Shown one piece after another: positions 44,038 to 53,186 of a stretch of 64,000 nucleotides of DNA. The DNA lies in contig JAFMFC010000001.1 in assembly GCA_017856375.1 (NCBI GenBank), positions 27,455-91,454 of the forward strand, given 5' to 3'. The notes below the pieces were generated by a model that was not told the origin of the DNA, made no database searches, and saw only the letters and a program-made list of their open reading frames with translations. The DNA is from Ilumatobacteraceae bacterium (GTDB lineage Bacteria; Actinomycetota; Acidimicrobiia; Acidimicrobiales; Ilumatobacteraceae). Position 1 is the first letter of the stretch; each line of letters opens with the position of its first letter. A program made the position numbers and the translations under genes.

Positions 44038-45340
44038 GGGGCGCAACTCTAGTCTGAGGTTCGTGCAGAGCGTCCCCCCACTGCGCGATCGACATGATGT
44101 TCTCGTTGTCGGCGCTGGTCCCGCAGGAATAGCTGCTGCGATTCATCTCCATCGTCGGGGAATCAAGGTGACCGTGGTTGACAAGGCATCGTTTCCGCGC
44201 GACAAGTGCTGCGGAGACGGTCTGACCACCGGTGCTCTACGCCTGCTGGACGAATTGAACTTCGAACCCACCACAGTGGCACGTTGGACCGAGTGCCACG
44301 ACGTTGTGCTGCGCTCACCCACGGGCAAATTGGTGCAGCTTCAGCTCCCTGAGGGAACCGGCCAATTTGCAGCGATCGCCCCGCGCAAGGAACTAGATAC
44401 CTCGCTCGTCAAGCACGCCCGACAACTCGGCATCGACGTGATCGAAAGAGTTTCGTTCGAACGCATCCTTGGTTATGACAACGGCAACGTCCAGGTGATG
44501 CTCGATCCGCTCGGAGAACGGACCTTCTCGTGGATCGTGGCAGCAGACGGCATGTGGTCTGCAGTGCGCAAAAGCCTTGGTGCGAACCTCCCCGACTACT
44601 TGGGAGATTGGCACGCCTTTCGCCAATACGCCACGAATGTCACGGGGCCTGCGAAGGAGAAATTGTTCGTGTGGTTCGACGAAGATCTCCTACCCGGATA
44701 CGCCTGGTCATTCCCGATACAAGGCGGCAGGGCGAACGTGGGGTTTGGCATACTGCGCGGCAGCAAGAGCAGTCCTGCCGAGATGAAGTCGCAATGGCAA
44801 TCGCTGCTTCAGCGTCCACACGTGCGCGCTGCCCTCGGGGACAGCGCAGAAATGGTCGATCGCGTTACTGCGTGGCCGATTCCTGCACGCGTCACGAGCG
44901 CCACATTGTCGGCACCGGGTGTCGTCTTTATTGGTGACGCGGCATGCGTCACCGATTCACTCACCGGCGAAGGAATCGGTCAGGCACTGCTCTCCGGAAA
45001 ACTTGCCGCTGAGGCCATCGCGTGCACGCCACTCGGCGACCTCCTCTCCGCGGGAAAGCACTATGAGCAGTCGATACGCAAAGAATTCTTCGCCGACCAC
45101 CGGATGTCGGTGGTCTTGGGCAAGATTCTCGCTTATCCAATCGGTGCTCGCGGCGCACTACGGGCGGTAAACCTCACCGATTGGACCAGACGCAACTTCG
45201 TGCGCTGGATGTTCGAGGACGAGCCGCGGTCAATCATCACCACTCCTTCACGCTGGCACCGCAAGTTCCTCAAGCGACCTGGTGCCTACGCGAGCCGGCG
45301 TTCCGCATACAGAGATTCTGCAAACAGGGATATGGTGTAA
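44036..45340 (+). CDS. geranylgeranyl reductase family FAD-dependent oxidoreductase
   Basis: 434 aa with HDVLVVGAGPAGIAAA, DKCCGDGLT and GDAACVTDSLTGEGI. The start is ATG 44036 or GTG 44063. Confidence 0.85.
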   Translation: MGRNSSLRFVQSVPPLRDRHDVLVVGAGPAGIAAAIHLHRRGIKVTVVDKASFPRDKCCGDGLTTGALRLLDELNFEPTTVARWTECHDVVLRSPTGKLVQLQLPEGTGQFAAIAPRKELDTSLVKHARQLGIDVIERVSFERILGYDNGNVQVMLDPLGERTFSWIVAADGMWSAVRKSLGANLPDYLGDWHAFRQYATNVTGPAKEKLFVWFDEDLLPGYAWSFPIQGGRANVGFGILRGSKSSPAEMKSQWQSLLQRPHVRAALGDSAEMVDRVTAWPIPARVTSATLSAPGVVFIGDAACVTDSLTGEGIGQALLSGKLAAEAIACTPLGDLLSAGKHYEQSIRKEFFADHRMSVVLGKILAYPIGARGALRAVNLTDWTRRNFVRWMFEDEPRSIITTPSRWHRKFLKRPGAYASRRSAYRDSANRDMV

Positions 45341-45344
45341 CTCG

Positions 45345-46298
45345 ATGCGCACTCGGTTGACCGACCTCCTACAAATCGAACATCCGGTGATGCTCGCGGG
45401 AATGGGCGGAGTGTCGTATCACCGACTCGTCGCAGCGGTTTCAGCGAGCGGAGGCATCGGCACGCTCGGAGCTTCCACCATGGGCGAGGGCGAACTGGCT
45501 CGCGAGATTGCGGCTGTTCGGGAGCTCACCGACAAACCCTTCGGTGTCGACTTGCTCACCGCCTTGCCACACACCCTCGAACGCGACGTCGACACCATCA
45601 TCAAGGGTGGAGCGAAGGTGTTCGTTGCCGGCCTCGGCGTTCCACGCGAGATCATCGATCGCCTCCACCGAAGTGGCGTCATCGTTGGTTCGATGTGCGG
45701 CAAGGTGCGACACGCCGTCGCTGCTGCAGAGAGTGGCTGCGACTTCGTAGTGGCGCAAGGCACCGAAGCCGGTGGGCACACGGGAACCGTCGCCACAATG
45801 GCACTCGTTCCTCAAGTAGCGGATGCAGTGGGCGACCGCGTCGTGGTGGTTGCTGCCGGCGGCATCTTCGACGGTCGCGGTCTCGCGGCAGCGTTGGCGT
45901 TGGGAGCAGACGGCGCGTGGATCGGCACACGGTTCATTGCCACTCCCGAAGCACGAGCTGTCGAGGGTTACAAGGAGACGTTGATCGAGTCATCTGAAGA
46001 CTCGACCGTGGTGACGCGCAGTTACACCGGCAAGACATGTCGGGTGATCCGCAACGACTGGACGAACGAGTGGGATGCCCAGCCTGAACGAATCGAAAAG
46101 TTTCCAATGCAAGCCATTGCCTCGATGCAGGCGGGTGCCAACCATCTCGGCCACCCCGAGGGCACCGTCGTCGATGTAAAGCGAGAATTCATGCCGGCGG
46201 GCCAGGGTGTCGGCGCGATCACCGGGCTTGTCAGTGCCGGAGAACTCGTCTGTCGAATAGTGCAAGAGGCTGAGGCGTCGATCAGCAGATTCGGCTGA
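45345..46298 (+). CDS. nitronate monooxygenase / NAD(P)H-dependent flavin oxidoreductase (NMO family)
   Basis: ORF 45282..46298. The conserved N-terminus MRTRLTDLLQIEHPVMLAGMGGVS is at ATG 45345. AQGTEAGGH motif present. Confidence 0.88.
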   Translation: MRTRLTDLLQIEHPVMLAGMGGVSYHRLVAAVSASGGIGTLGASTMGEGELAREIAAVRELTDKPFGVDLLTALPHTLERDVDTIIKGGAKVFVAGLGVPREIIDRLHRSGVIVGSMCGKVRHAVAAAESGCDFVVAQGTEAGGHTGTVATMALVPQVADAVGDRVVVVAAGGIFDGRGLAAALALGADGAWIGTRFIATPEARAVEGYKETLIESSEDSTVVTRSYTGKTCRVIRNDWTNEWDAQPERIEKFPMQAIASMQAGANHLGHPEGTVVDVKREFMPAGQGVGAITGLVSAGELVCRIVQEAEASISRFG

Positions 46299-46306
46299 AG
46301 CGTCGA

Positions 46307-47461
46307 TCAGCCGATCACCGAATACACGGCTGCAGCAAGTCGCACCGCTCGATCATCACCGATGAGCATGTCGCCCATTCGATTCATAACGTAGGCGAAG
46401 GCGATCCCGCGCGATGGATCTGCAAAACCAAGCGAACCTCCAGCGCCAGGATGGCCGTAACTCGACTCACCCGTGAACGGAACGATGGCGCTCGGAGTCA
46501 TGAACCCCATCGCGAACGAAGTCTCTATTCGCAACACGTCGTCACGTTCTCCGAGCGGTGTTATTCGCCTCGTCGCCAACTGGCGGATCTCATCATCGAG
46601 TATTTTCACCGAGCCAGCAGGCGTCTGCGTCTCAATGAACGACGCAGAGTAGATGGACGCCACTGTGCGGGCATTCGACACGCCATTTGCTGCCGGGATA
46701 GCGGCTGCCCGAACGTCTCGGCGATTGAATCCGCCTTTCACCGCGAGCGCACCATTCACGGAGAGCACACGTGACAGCAAGCTGTCTGGAGATCCACCGC
46801 CACTCGTAGAAGTTTCTCGCCGTTCCCATCCCGTGTTCAAGGGAGCAACGCGATGTTCGAAGCGCTCGGGCAATCCGAACCAACATTCGCCACCCACCGG
46901 CGCAGCGAGTTCCTCGGCAACGAATGTGCCGACGTCACGTCCGTCGACCCGTCGCACCAATTCGCCCGCAAGCCAACCCCACGTGAGAGCGTGATAGCCG
47001 TGACCAGCGGTTGCTTGCCGCGTGGTGGACGCCAAACGTCGCGTCATCGCCCCCCAATCCAAAGCTTCTTTCAAAGATGCGGGGGCGTCGAGGCAATACA
47101 GGCCAGCTTGATGAGACATCACCTCGCCAACGGTGATCGCCTCCTTCCCGCCGACGCCGAACTCTGGCCAGAACAAGCCCACCGGTTCGTCGTAGGTAAG
47201 AAGTCCTCGCTGAACACACAGTGCAACGGCCAGTGCGACGACTCCCTTCGACGTACTGAACAACACCTGCAGCGTCGCGTCGTCGTATGGCGCAACACGG
47301 TCGATGTCGCGCCAACCTCCGGTCAGGTCGACCACCCTCTCCCCATGATGAAACACACAGAGCCCCGCACCGACGTCCGCGCCGTCGACGAGCAACGCAC
47401 GGAACACCTCCCCCACGCGCTCCCATCCGGGAGCAACGTCACCCTGAAACGGTGTCGTCAT
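46307..47461 (-). CDS. serine hydrolase (class C beta-lactamase / esterase family)
   Basis: 384 aa with an SxxK motif FSTSKGV and a GHPGAGGS block. Confidence 0.85.
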   Translation of the reverse strand: MTTPFQGDVAPGWERVGEVFRALLVDGADVGAGLCVFHHGERVVDLTGGWRDIDRVAPYDDATLQVLFSTSKGVVALAVALCVQRGLLTYDEPVGLFWPEFGVGGKEAITVGEVMSHQAGLYCLDAPASLKEALDWGAMTRRLASTTRQATAGHGYHALTWGWLAGELVRRVDGRDVGTFVAEELAAPVGGECWFGLPERFEHRVAPLNTGWERRETSTSGGGSPDSLLSRVLSVNGALAVKGGFNRRDVRAAAIPAANGVSNARTVASIYSASFIETQTPAGSVKILDDEIRQLATRRITPLGERDDVLRIETSFAMGFMTPSAIVPFTGESSYGHPGAGGSLGFADPSRGIAFAYVMNRMGDMLIGDDRAVRLAAAVYSVIG

Positions 47462-47465
47462 GTGG

Positions 47466-48521
47466 TCAGAGCGAGTCGATCAGGCTCCGCAACAACTCGA
47501 TCTGCTGCATTGCATTTGGGCCGATCGGGTTCACCTGGAGCATCGTGACGCCCGCTTCCTTATAAGCAGCAAGGCGCTCCTTCACGAAACCTTTGCTGCC
47601 CACGAGGTGTGAGTTGCGCAACCACTCGGTCGGGACCACCTTGGCCGCTTCGTCTTTCTTGCCATCGAGATACAGATCCTGGATCTGCACCGCCTCCTGC
47701 TCGAACCCGTAGGCCTTGCAAATGTCGTTGTAGAAGTTCTTGCCTCGCGCACCCATGCCGCCGACGTAGAGCGCCGTCGAAGGACGAGCAAAGTCGAGCA
47801 CTTTGTCCTGATCCTCGCCAACGAGTGACTCGTCGATTGCCAACATGCCGCCAGCCTGGATCTCGAGCGGCTCAAGATTCGAGGAGCGCTTGGCCAATCC
47901 CTTGCGCAAGGGATCGCCCCACACCTCCATCATTTTTTCCGGCCACACGAAAATCGGCATCCATCCATCGGCGATCTCACCGGTTGCTTCGACTGCCTTT
48001 TCCTTCACCGCGGCCCACCAGATGGGAATGCGATTGCGCACCGGATGGTTGATGATCTTGAGCGGTTTGCCGAGTCCGAGTCCCTGTCCGGCAGGCAACG
48101 GAACGGTGACGGTCTTGCCTTCATAAGTCAATGGCTTTTCGCGCTTCCACACTTCGCGACAAATCTCGATGTACTCACGTGTACGCAACATCGGCTTGTC
48201 GTACGGCATGCCATGGAAACCTTCGATCACCTGAGCACCCGAAGCACCGAGCCCGAGTGCGAAGCGACCTCCGCTGACGTAGTCACAACCTGCAGCCGTC
48301 ATCGCCATCAACGCCGGGGTGCGCGAATACACGTTGACGATGCCCGTGCCGATTTGCACCTTCTCGGTGACAGCTGCGAGATAACCGATTTGGGAAATTG
48401 CGTCGAACGAGTACGCCTCTGCAACCCACACCATGTCGAGGCCAACCTTCTCCAGCTCGGCTACCTGCTTTGCCGAGGACGGGAAGTCGCCCACGTAGTT
48501 GATCATCATCGCCAGCTTCAT
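47466..48521 (-). CDS. LLM-class F420-dependent oxidoreductase
   Basis: 351 aa: MKLAMMINYVGDF..., GRFALGLGASG and YVGGMGARGKNFY are typical of F420-dependent LLM subfamilies. Confidence 0.88.
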   Translation of the reverse strand: MKLAMMINYVGDFPSSAKQVAELEKVGLDMVWVAEAYSFDAISQIGYLAAVTEKVQIGTGIVNVYSRTPALMAMTAAGCDYVSGGRFALGLGASGAQVIEGFHGMPYDKPMLRTREYIEICREVWKREKPLTYEGKTVTVPLPAGQGLGLGKPLKIINHPVRNRIPIWWAAVKEKAVEATGEIADGWMPIFVWPEKMMEVWGDPLRKGLAKRSSNLEPLEIQAGGMLAIDESLVGEDQDKVLDFARPSTALYVGGMGARGKNFYNDICKAYGFEQEAVQIQDLYLDGKKDEAAKVVPTEWLRNSHLVGSKGFVKERLAAYKEAGVTMLQVNPIGPNAMQQIELLRSLIDSL

Positions 48522-48578
48522 TGCACCGCCTTTGGTTTGGAGACGGCTCCGACTCTAAGCGTCAGAGGCACGATGTGC

Positions 48579-50153
48579 TCAGTTGACTTGGCGAGCCTTG
48601 CCTTCCCAATAGGGAGCGCGGAGATCCTTCTTCAGGATCTTGCCGCTTGGGTTTCGTGGCAACGCGTCGATCCAGTCGACCGACTTGGGCACCTTGAACC
48701 CGGCAAGACGTTCACGGGCGAAGGAGATGATCTCCTCCTCAGTTACCGGCGTGTCCGCCTTACGCACGACGAGCGCCTTCGGCACCTCGCCCCACTTCTC
48801 GTCGGGAACACCGATGACCGCAACGTCGGCGATTGCCGGGTGCCCCATCAACGCATTCTCGACCTCGGCGGGATACACGTTTTCACCACCCGAGACGATC
48901 ATGTCCTTTACTCGGTCGTAGATATACACATAACCCTCGTCGTCGAGGTACGCGGCGTCACCCGTGCGGAACCATCCATCGGTATCGATCGACTTCTTGG
49001 TCTCTTCAGGCATATTCCAGTAGCCCTTCATGACCTGCGGACCCTTCACCCAGATCTCGCCAACGTCGCCCGTCTTCACGTCCTTGCCCGTGTCTGAATC
49101 AACGACGCGCAGCTGCATACCCGGAACGATCTTGCCGCACGAGCGCAACAACTTCTTGCGGGGTCCGGTGAGATCGTGTTCTTCGGGGAGCAAGATCGTG
49201 GTGGCACCCGTCGTCTCGGTGAGCCCGTAAATCTGCATGAAGTTGGTTTTGAACGCCTTGATCGACGCGCCGAGCACCTCTTCCGAAATTGGTGATGCTC
49301 CGTAGGCGATCAACTCGATGCTCGAGAAGTCGGCTTTGTCGAGATCCGGCACCATCAACATGAACTGCAGGAGCACCGGCACGACGAATGCATGCGTGAT
49401 GCGGTGCTTGCCGAACATCTGCACCATCTCGACCGGGTTGATGTCGCGCACCACCACCGTGGTCGCACCCATCGTGTGACCTGCCGTTGCCCAGCCACCG
49501 CCACCGATATGGAACAACGGCATCGCTGCCATGTTCACCGTGTGGTCGGTAAAACCCCACAACTCCTGCGCAAACGGAATCAGCGCAAAGAAGTTGTCGT
49601 TGGTGAGCATCACACCCTTCGGTCGTCCCGTGGTGCCGCTCGAGTACAACTGGAATGCGACGTCGCCTGGGCCAGCGGTAACACCTGGATCGGTAGCACT
49701 ACCAGTAGCGACAAAATCGTCGTAACTGGTGAACTTGGGGTGACCACCGATGACGACGATCGTCTTGGCGGTAGTGAGTTGATCGGCAATTGCATCGAGC
49801 ACGTGGACGAATTCAGGGCCGACGATCAACACCTTTGCTTGCGCGTCATTGACGATGTAGGCGACTTCAGGAGCTGCAAGGCGCCAGTTGACATCCACGC
49901 TGACCGCGTTGATCAACGAACAGCCGTAGAACACTTCAAAGTGTTCGATGCCGTTCTTGTCGAGGAACGCGACCCGATCCTGACTACCGACTCCGGCAGC
50001 TTTCAACGCTTGAGCCATCTGGCAGGATCGTTGGTACAACTCCGTCCACGACTGGTGACGATCTCCCAGTATCAGAGCGGTTTTGTTGGCGAGAGCCGGT
50101 CCGTGCGTTCGAACGATGCCGGCAATGGTGTTGATTGAGTTCCCCATGGCCAA
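48579..50153 (-). CDS. long-chain fatty-acid--CoA ligase (FadD-type)
   Basis: 524 aa with YSSGTTGRPKGVM, WFRTGDAAYLDDEG and GKILKKDLR. Confidence 0.92.
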   Translation of the reverse strand: MAMGNSINTIAGIVRTHGPALANKTALILGDRHQSWTELYQRSCQMAQALKAAGVGSQDRVAFLDKNGIEHFEVFYGCSLINAVSVDVNWRLAAPEVAYIVNDAQAKVLIVGPEFVHVLDAIADQLTTAKTIVVIGGHPKFTSYDDFVATGSATDPGVTAGPGDVAFQLYSSGTTGRPKGVMLTNDNFFALIPFAQELWGFTDHTVNMAAMPLFHIGGGGWATAGHTMGATTVVVRDINPVEMVQMFGKHRITHAFVVPVLLQFMLMVPDLDKADFSSIELIAYGASPISEEVLGASIKAFKTNFMQIYGLTETTGATTILLPEEHDLTGPRKKLLRSCGKIVPGMQLRVVDSDTGKDVKTGDVGEIWVKGPQVMKGYWNMPEETKKSIDTDGWFRTGDAAYLDDEGYVYIYDRVKDMIVSGGENVYPAEVENALMGHPAIADVAVIGVPDEKWGEVPKALVVRKADTPVTEEEIISFARERLAGFKVPKSVDWIDALPRNPSGKILKKDLRAPYWEGKARQVN

Positions 50154-50261
50154 AAACTAGCCATCACGTTGGGACAAAGCCAAGGCGGGCAATGCAGAAA
50201 TCTGCTTCCTCACTTCCGCGGGTCACCCCCGCGCCACCCCCATCGGCTCTAATGGACGGCT

Positions 50262-51128
50262 ATGGATGGGCGACTGAACAGTTCCGATGGAGTCTCCCTT
50301 GCGTACCATAGATATCCGTCAACTCCAGACGGTGCGGCCACTGCACCAATTCTGTTCTCCCATGCCAATGGGTTCCACGGGAGGTGCTTTGACCCCGTGG
50401 CTCGGTTGCTGCCCGGGCACCCCTGTTTTACGTTCGACTACCGCGGGCATGGAGACAGCACTGTCCCGCCGGACTGGCAGGTGCGCTGGTCGGCGTACGG
50501 CGATGACGCCATTGCCGCAACACGAATCGCTGCAGCCAGCGGCCCCGTGATCGGCGCGGGGCACTCGATGGGTGCGGCCGGGTTGATCATGGCCGCACTC
50601 CGTGAGCCGACGCTATTTCGAGCACTCGTGCTCTATGAACCGATCGTCTTCCCGGCCAATTATCGCCAACTTGGCACCAACCCCATGGCTGCTGCAGCTC
50701 GCCGACGTCGAACCAGCTTCGACAGCTACGAGGAAGCATTTGCCAACTATGCGTCAAAACCTCCACTAAACGTCTTTCATCCCGACTGCCTGCACGCATA
50801 TGTCGACCATGGCTTTCGTCCCACCGCTGATGGTCGGGTCGAGTTGAAGTGCTCTCCCGAACTCGAAGCGCGCACGTTCGAGTCGGGCAACATCCACGAA
50901 ACGTGGGATCAACTGGGAGAACTTTCAGTGCCAACGTGGCTCGTGAGTGGCCACATCGAAGACATGCCACCCGCGTCTCTCATCCCATCAATCGCCTCAA
51001 CAATTGCTGCGAAATCTTCGATCACACCCACCGTGATCGAGTGGAAGGATCTTGGACACTTCGGACCACTGGAAGACCCCGCGCGTTTTGCCTCCCTACT
51101 TGTCGACGTGAGCATGGCCGTTCAATGA
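50262..51128 (+). CDS. alpha/beta hydrolase
   Basis: 288 aa with ILFSHANGFHG and the nucleophile elbow GHSMGA. Confidence 0.85.
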   Translation: MDGRLNSSDGVSLAYHRYPSTPDGAATAPILFSHANGFHGRCFDPVARLLPGHPCFTFDYRGHGDSTVPPDWQVRWSAYGDDAIAATRIAAASGPVIGAGHSMGAAGLIMAALREPTLFRALVLYEPIVFPANYRQLGTNPMAAAARRRRTSFDSYEEAFANYASKPPLNVFHPDCLHAYVDHGFRPTADGRVELKCSPELEARTFESGNIHETWDQLGELSVPTWLVSGHIEDMPPASLIPSIASTIAAKSSITPTVIEWKDLGHFGPLEDPARFASLLVDVSMAVQ

Positions 51129-51952
51129 ACAGTTTCGACGTACCCACTTCGCTCTCGCCTTCGCGTGCAAGTTCTTTCCAGGATTGTCCACTGCAATTTC
51201 GTTTTGCCTCCATTCAGGGATTGCCACAACCTCCCGGCTTCCACGCCGTCAAGGGCAACGTCGTCCATCGCGCTCTCGAGTTGCTGCTCGGCTTGGCCCC
51301 TCTGGAACGAACTCGTGAAGCGGCGCGCGATGCAATGGCCGCGTCACGCAACGAGTACGAACCGAAATACGACTTCGTGGGCTTGGAGTTGGATGAGTTG
51401 GCTGCACGTGATTTCTGGACCGACTGTGGTCGGTTGGTGGACGCGTACTTCGACTTGGAAGATCCCACGACCCTCGACAACGTCGAATTGGAGTTGTGGG
51501 TGGAGGCGCCACTCGGCACGTTCAACGTGCGCGGTTATGTGGACCGGCTAGAGCGCGCGCCCGATGGAGGCCTCGTAATCACCGATTACAAAACGGGACG
51601 AGCACCTCGGGAGAGCGATGTGGGCAGCAAGATGCGCCAACTCGAGATGTACGCCTACATGATTCGCGCTTTGCGCGGGGAGCTTCCTGCTCGGATGCGT
51701 TTGATGTATCTCAAGGACAAGGTGGTGCTCGAACAACAGCCGACTGAGTCGTCGATGAAGTTTCTCGAAAAGCGGACGATCGCGCTGTATGACGCAATCG
51801 AACGCGCCTGTAACAACGGAACGTTCCCCGCGCGGCGGAGCGGCCTCTGCAACTTCTGCAATTTCAAACCGTGGTGCCCCGAGTTCGGTGGTAATCCTGA
51901 ATTGGCAGCCGTCGAAGCACCGCTCAAGTACCCTCGCGTCGTCGAATCATGA
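51125..51952 (+). CDS. PD-(D/E)XK nuclease, RecB/Cas4-like with a 4-Cys Fe-S signature
   Basis: ORF 50849..51952. The likely start MNSFDV forms an ATGA overlap with the hydrolase stop. SSFQDCPLQF (Cys1), GYVDRL...VITDYKTG (D..DxK) and CNFCNFKPWC (CxxCx5C) are present. Confidence 0.82.
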   Translation: MNSFDVPTSLSPSRASSFQDCPLQFRFASIQGLPQPPGFHAVKGNVVHRALELLLGLAPLERTREAARDAMAASRNEYEPKYDFVGLELDELAARDFWTDCGRLVDAYFDLEDPTTLDNVELELWVEAPLGTFNVRGYVDRLERAPDGGLVITDYKTGRAPRESDVGSKMRQLEMYAYMIRALRGELPARMRLMYLKDKVVLEQQPTESSMKFLEKRTIALYDAIERACNNGTFPARRSGLCNFCNFKPWCPEFGGNPELAAVEAPLKYPRVVES

Positions 51953-52494
51953 GTGATCGAATTCCCTTCTCCCGTTTCGACGACCGGTTCGACGCACTGC
52001 TCGAGCCATTGCGCAACAAACGCGCCGTCGTCGTGGTGTTCTCCGTGGCAACAGCGTTGGGTGACTTCGGCATCCTGTGGCACATCATCGGGTTCATCCG
52101 CTCGATCGGTTCCATGGATCGACTCAATCAAGCGCTGTTCTTCTCGACGATGATCGGAATCGAGAGTTTGATTCTCAATCAAGGGATCAAACGGCTGTTC
52201 CGCCGGACACGGCCAACCGAACGCGGGGACGATCGATTCACTCTTCGCAAACCGCGCACGTCGAGTTTTCCAAGCGGTCATTCCTCTTCGGCGTTCTTTT
52301 CGGCACTTGTTCTCACCTCAATCACGCCGTGGCCGTGGTGGATCTTGTTCTATGCGTTTGCCGTGACCATCGCCACGAGCAGGGTGGGCGTACGTATTCA
52401 CCACGCAAGCGACGTGATCGGCGGAGTGATCGCTGGCACTGTCATGGGAATTCCAGGTTTTTTTGCAATGCAATGGTTCGTCGGCCAAGTCTGA
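51949..52494 (+). CDS. PAP2 family (type 2 phosphatidic acid / undecaprenyl-PP-like) phosphatase, membrane
   Basis: 181 aa with KRLFRRTRP, FPSGHSS and SRVGVRIHHASD, the three PAP2 motifs. ATGA overlap with the nuclease gene. Confidence 0.85.
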   Translation: MSDRIPFSRFDDRFDALLEPLRNKRAVVVVFSVATALGDFGILWHIIGFIRSIGSMDRLNQALFFSTMIGIESLILNQGIKRLFRRTRPTERGDDRFTLRKPRTSSFPSGHSSSAFFSALVLTSITPWPWWILFYAFAVTIATSRVGVRIHHASDVIGGVIAGTVMGIPGFFAMQWFVGQV

Positions 52495-52579
52495 CTTCTA
52501 TTTCGTGAGGCTTTCAACCTGGTAAGCGCCTCAGTAAGAAATGAGGAATAACTCCCGTCTCTCGCAGGTTGCATAGGGC

Positions 52580-53176
52580 ATGCTTCGATTCGCCGTCACC
52601 TATGACTACCGCTGCCCCTACGGACGGATCGTCCACGACCATTTGTATTGGGGTTTGCAGGGTGGTGCCGACTGGGCCGTGCACTTCGTTCCCTTCTGTC
52701 TCGGACAGTCACATGTTGAGCCAGGCGAACCGGACATCTGGGAGCGTCCCGAGCAAGATTCTGGTCTGCTTGCGCTACAACTCTCGGTGGCGATCCGTGA
52801 CACCCAAGCCGAGCGATTCCTAGAAGCACATCACGCTCTCTACGAGCATCGCCATGCCGATGCAGGAAACCTTCGCGATCTGAACGTGTTGTTGGATCTG
52901 GTGGGAGGTGTCGGCGTCGACGCATCTGCGGCAAAACGTGAACTGGAGAGTGGTCGCCCCCTAGCCACGATCCGCGATGAGCACACCACCTATGCACGAA
53001 CCCACGAGGTGTGGGGCGTACCCGTCTTCATTCAGGATGACAAGGCCGTGTTCGTGCGCCTGCTTGACCGCCCGAACGGCAATCAAGCCGTGGCACAACA
53101 AACCATCGAGCGCATTATCGAAAATATCTCGTGGGATTCATTGAACGAGTTCAAACACACGTCGGTTCCCCGTTAG
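52580..53176 (+). CDS. DsbA-like thioredoxin-fold protein (monothiol CPYG variant)
   Basis: 198 aa with an N-terminal FAVTYDYRCPYGR where DsbA/FrnE-type proteins carry CxxC. C-terminal WGVPVF motif. Confidence 0.75.
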   Translation: MLRFAVTYDYRCPYGRIVHDHLYWGLQGGADWAVHFVPFCLGQSHVEPGEPDIWERPEQDSGLLALQLSVAIRDTQAERFLEAHHALYEHRHADAGNLRDLNVLLDLVGGVGVDASAAKRELESGRPLATIRDEHTTYARTHEVWGVPVFIQDDKAVFVRLLDRPNGNQAVAQQTIERIIENISWDSLNEFKHTSVPR

Positions 53177-53186
53177 AAATGACCTC

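Noticed and set aside
48045-49097. A 350-aa plus-strand ORF spanning the LLM/FadD boundary.
   Set aside because: It crosses an intergenic gap between two well-supported minus-strand genes and is compositionally a shadow frame.
50154-50261. Small inverted repeats (GCAGAAATCTGC; CGCGGG-N-CCCGCG) in the divergent FadD/hydrolase promoter region. I considered them as a further operator.
   Set aside because: They are short, single-copy, and unrelated to the recurring 16-mer. There is insufficient evidence.
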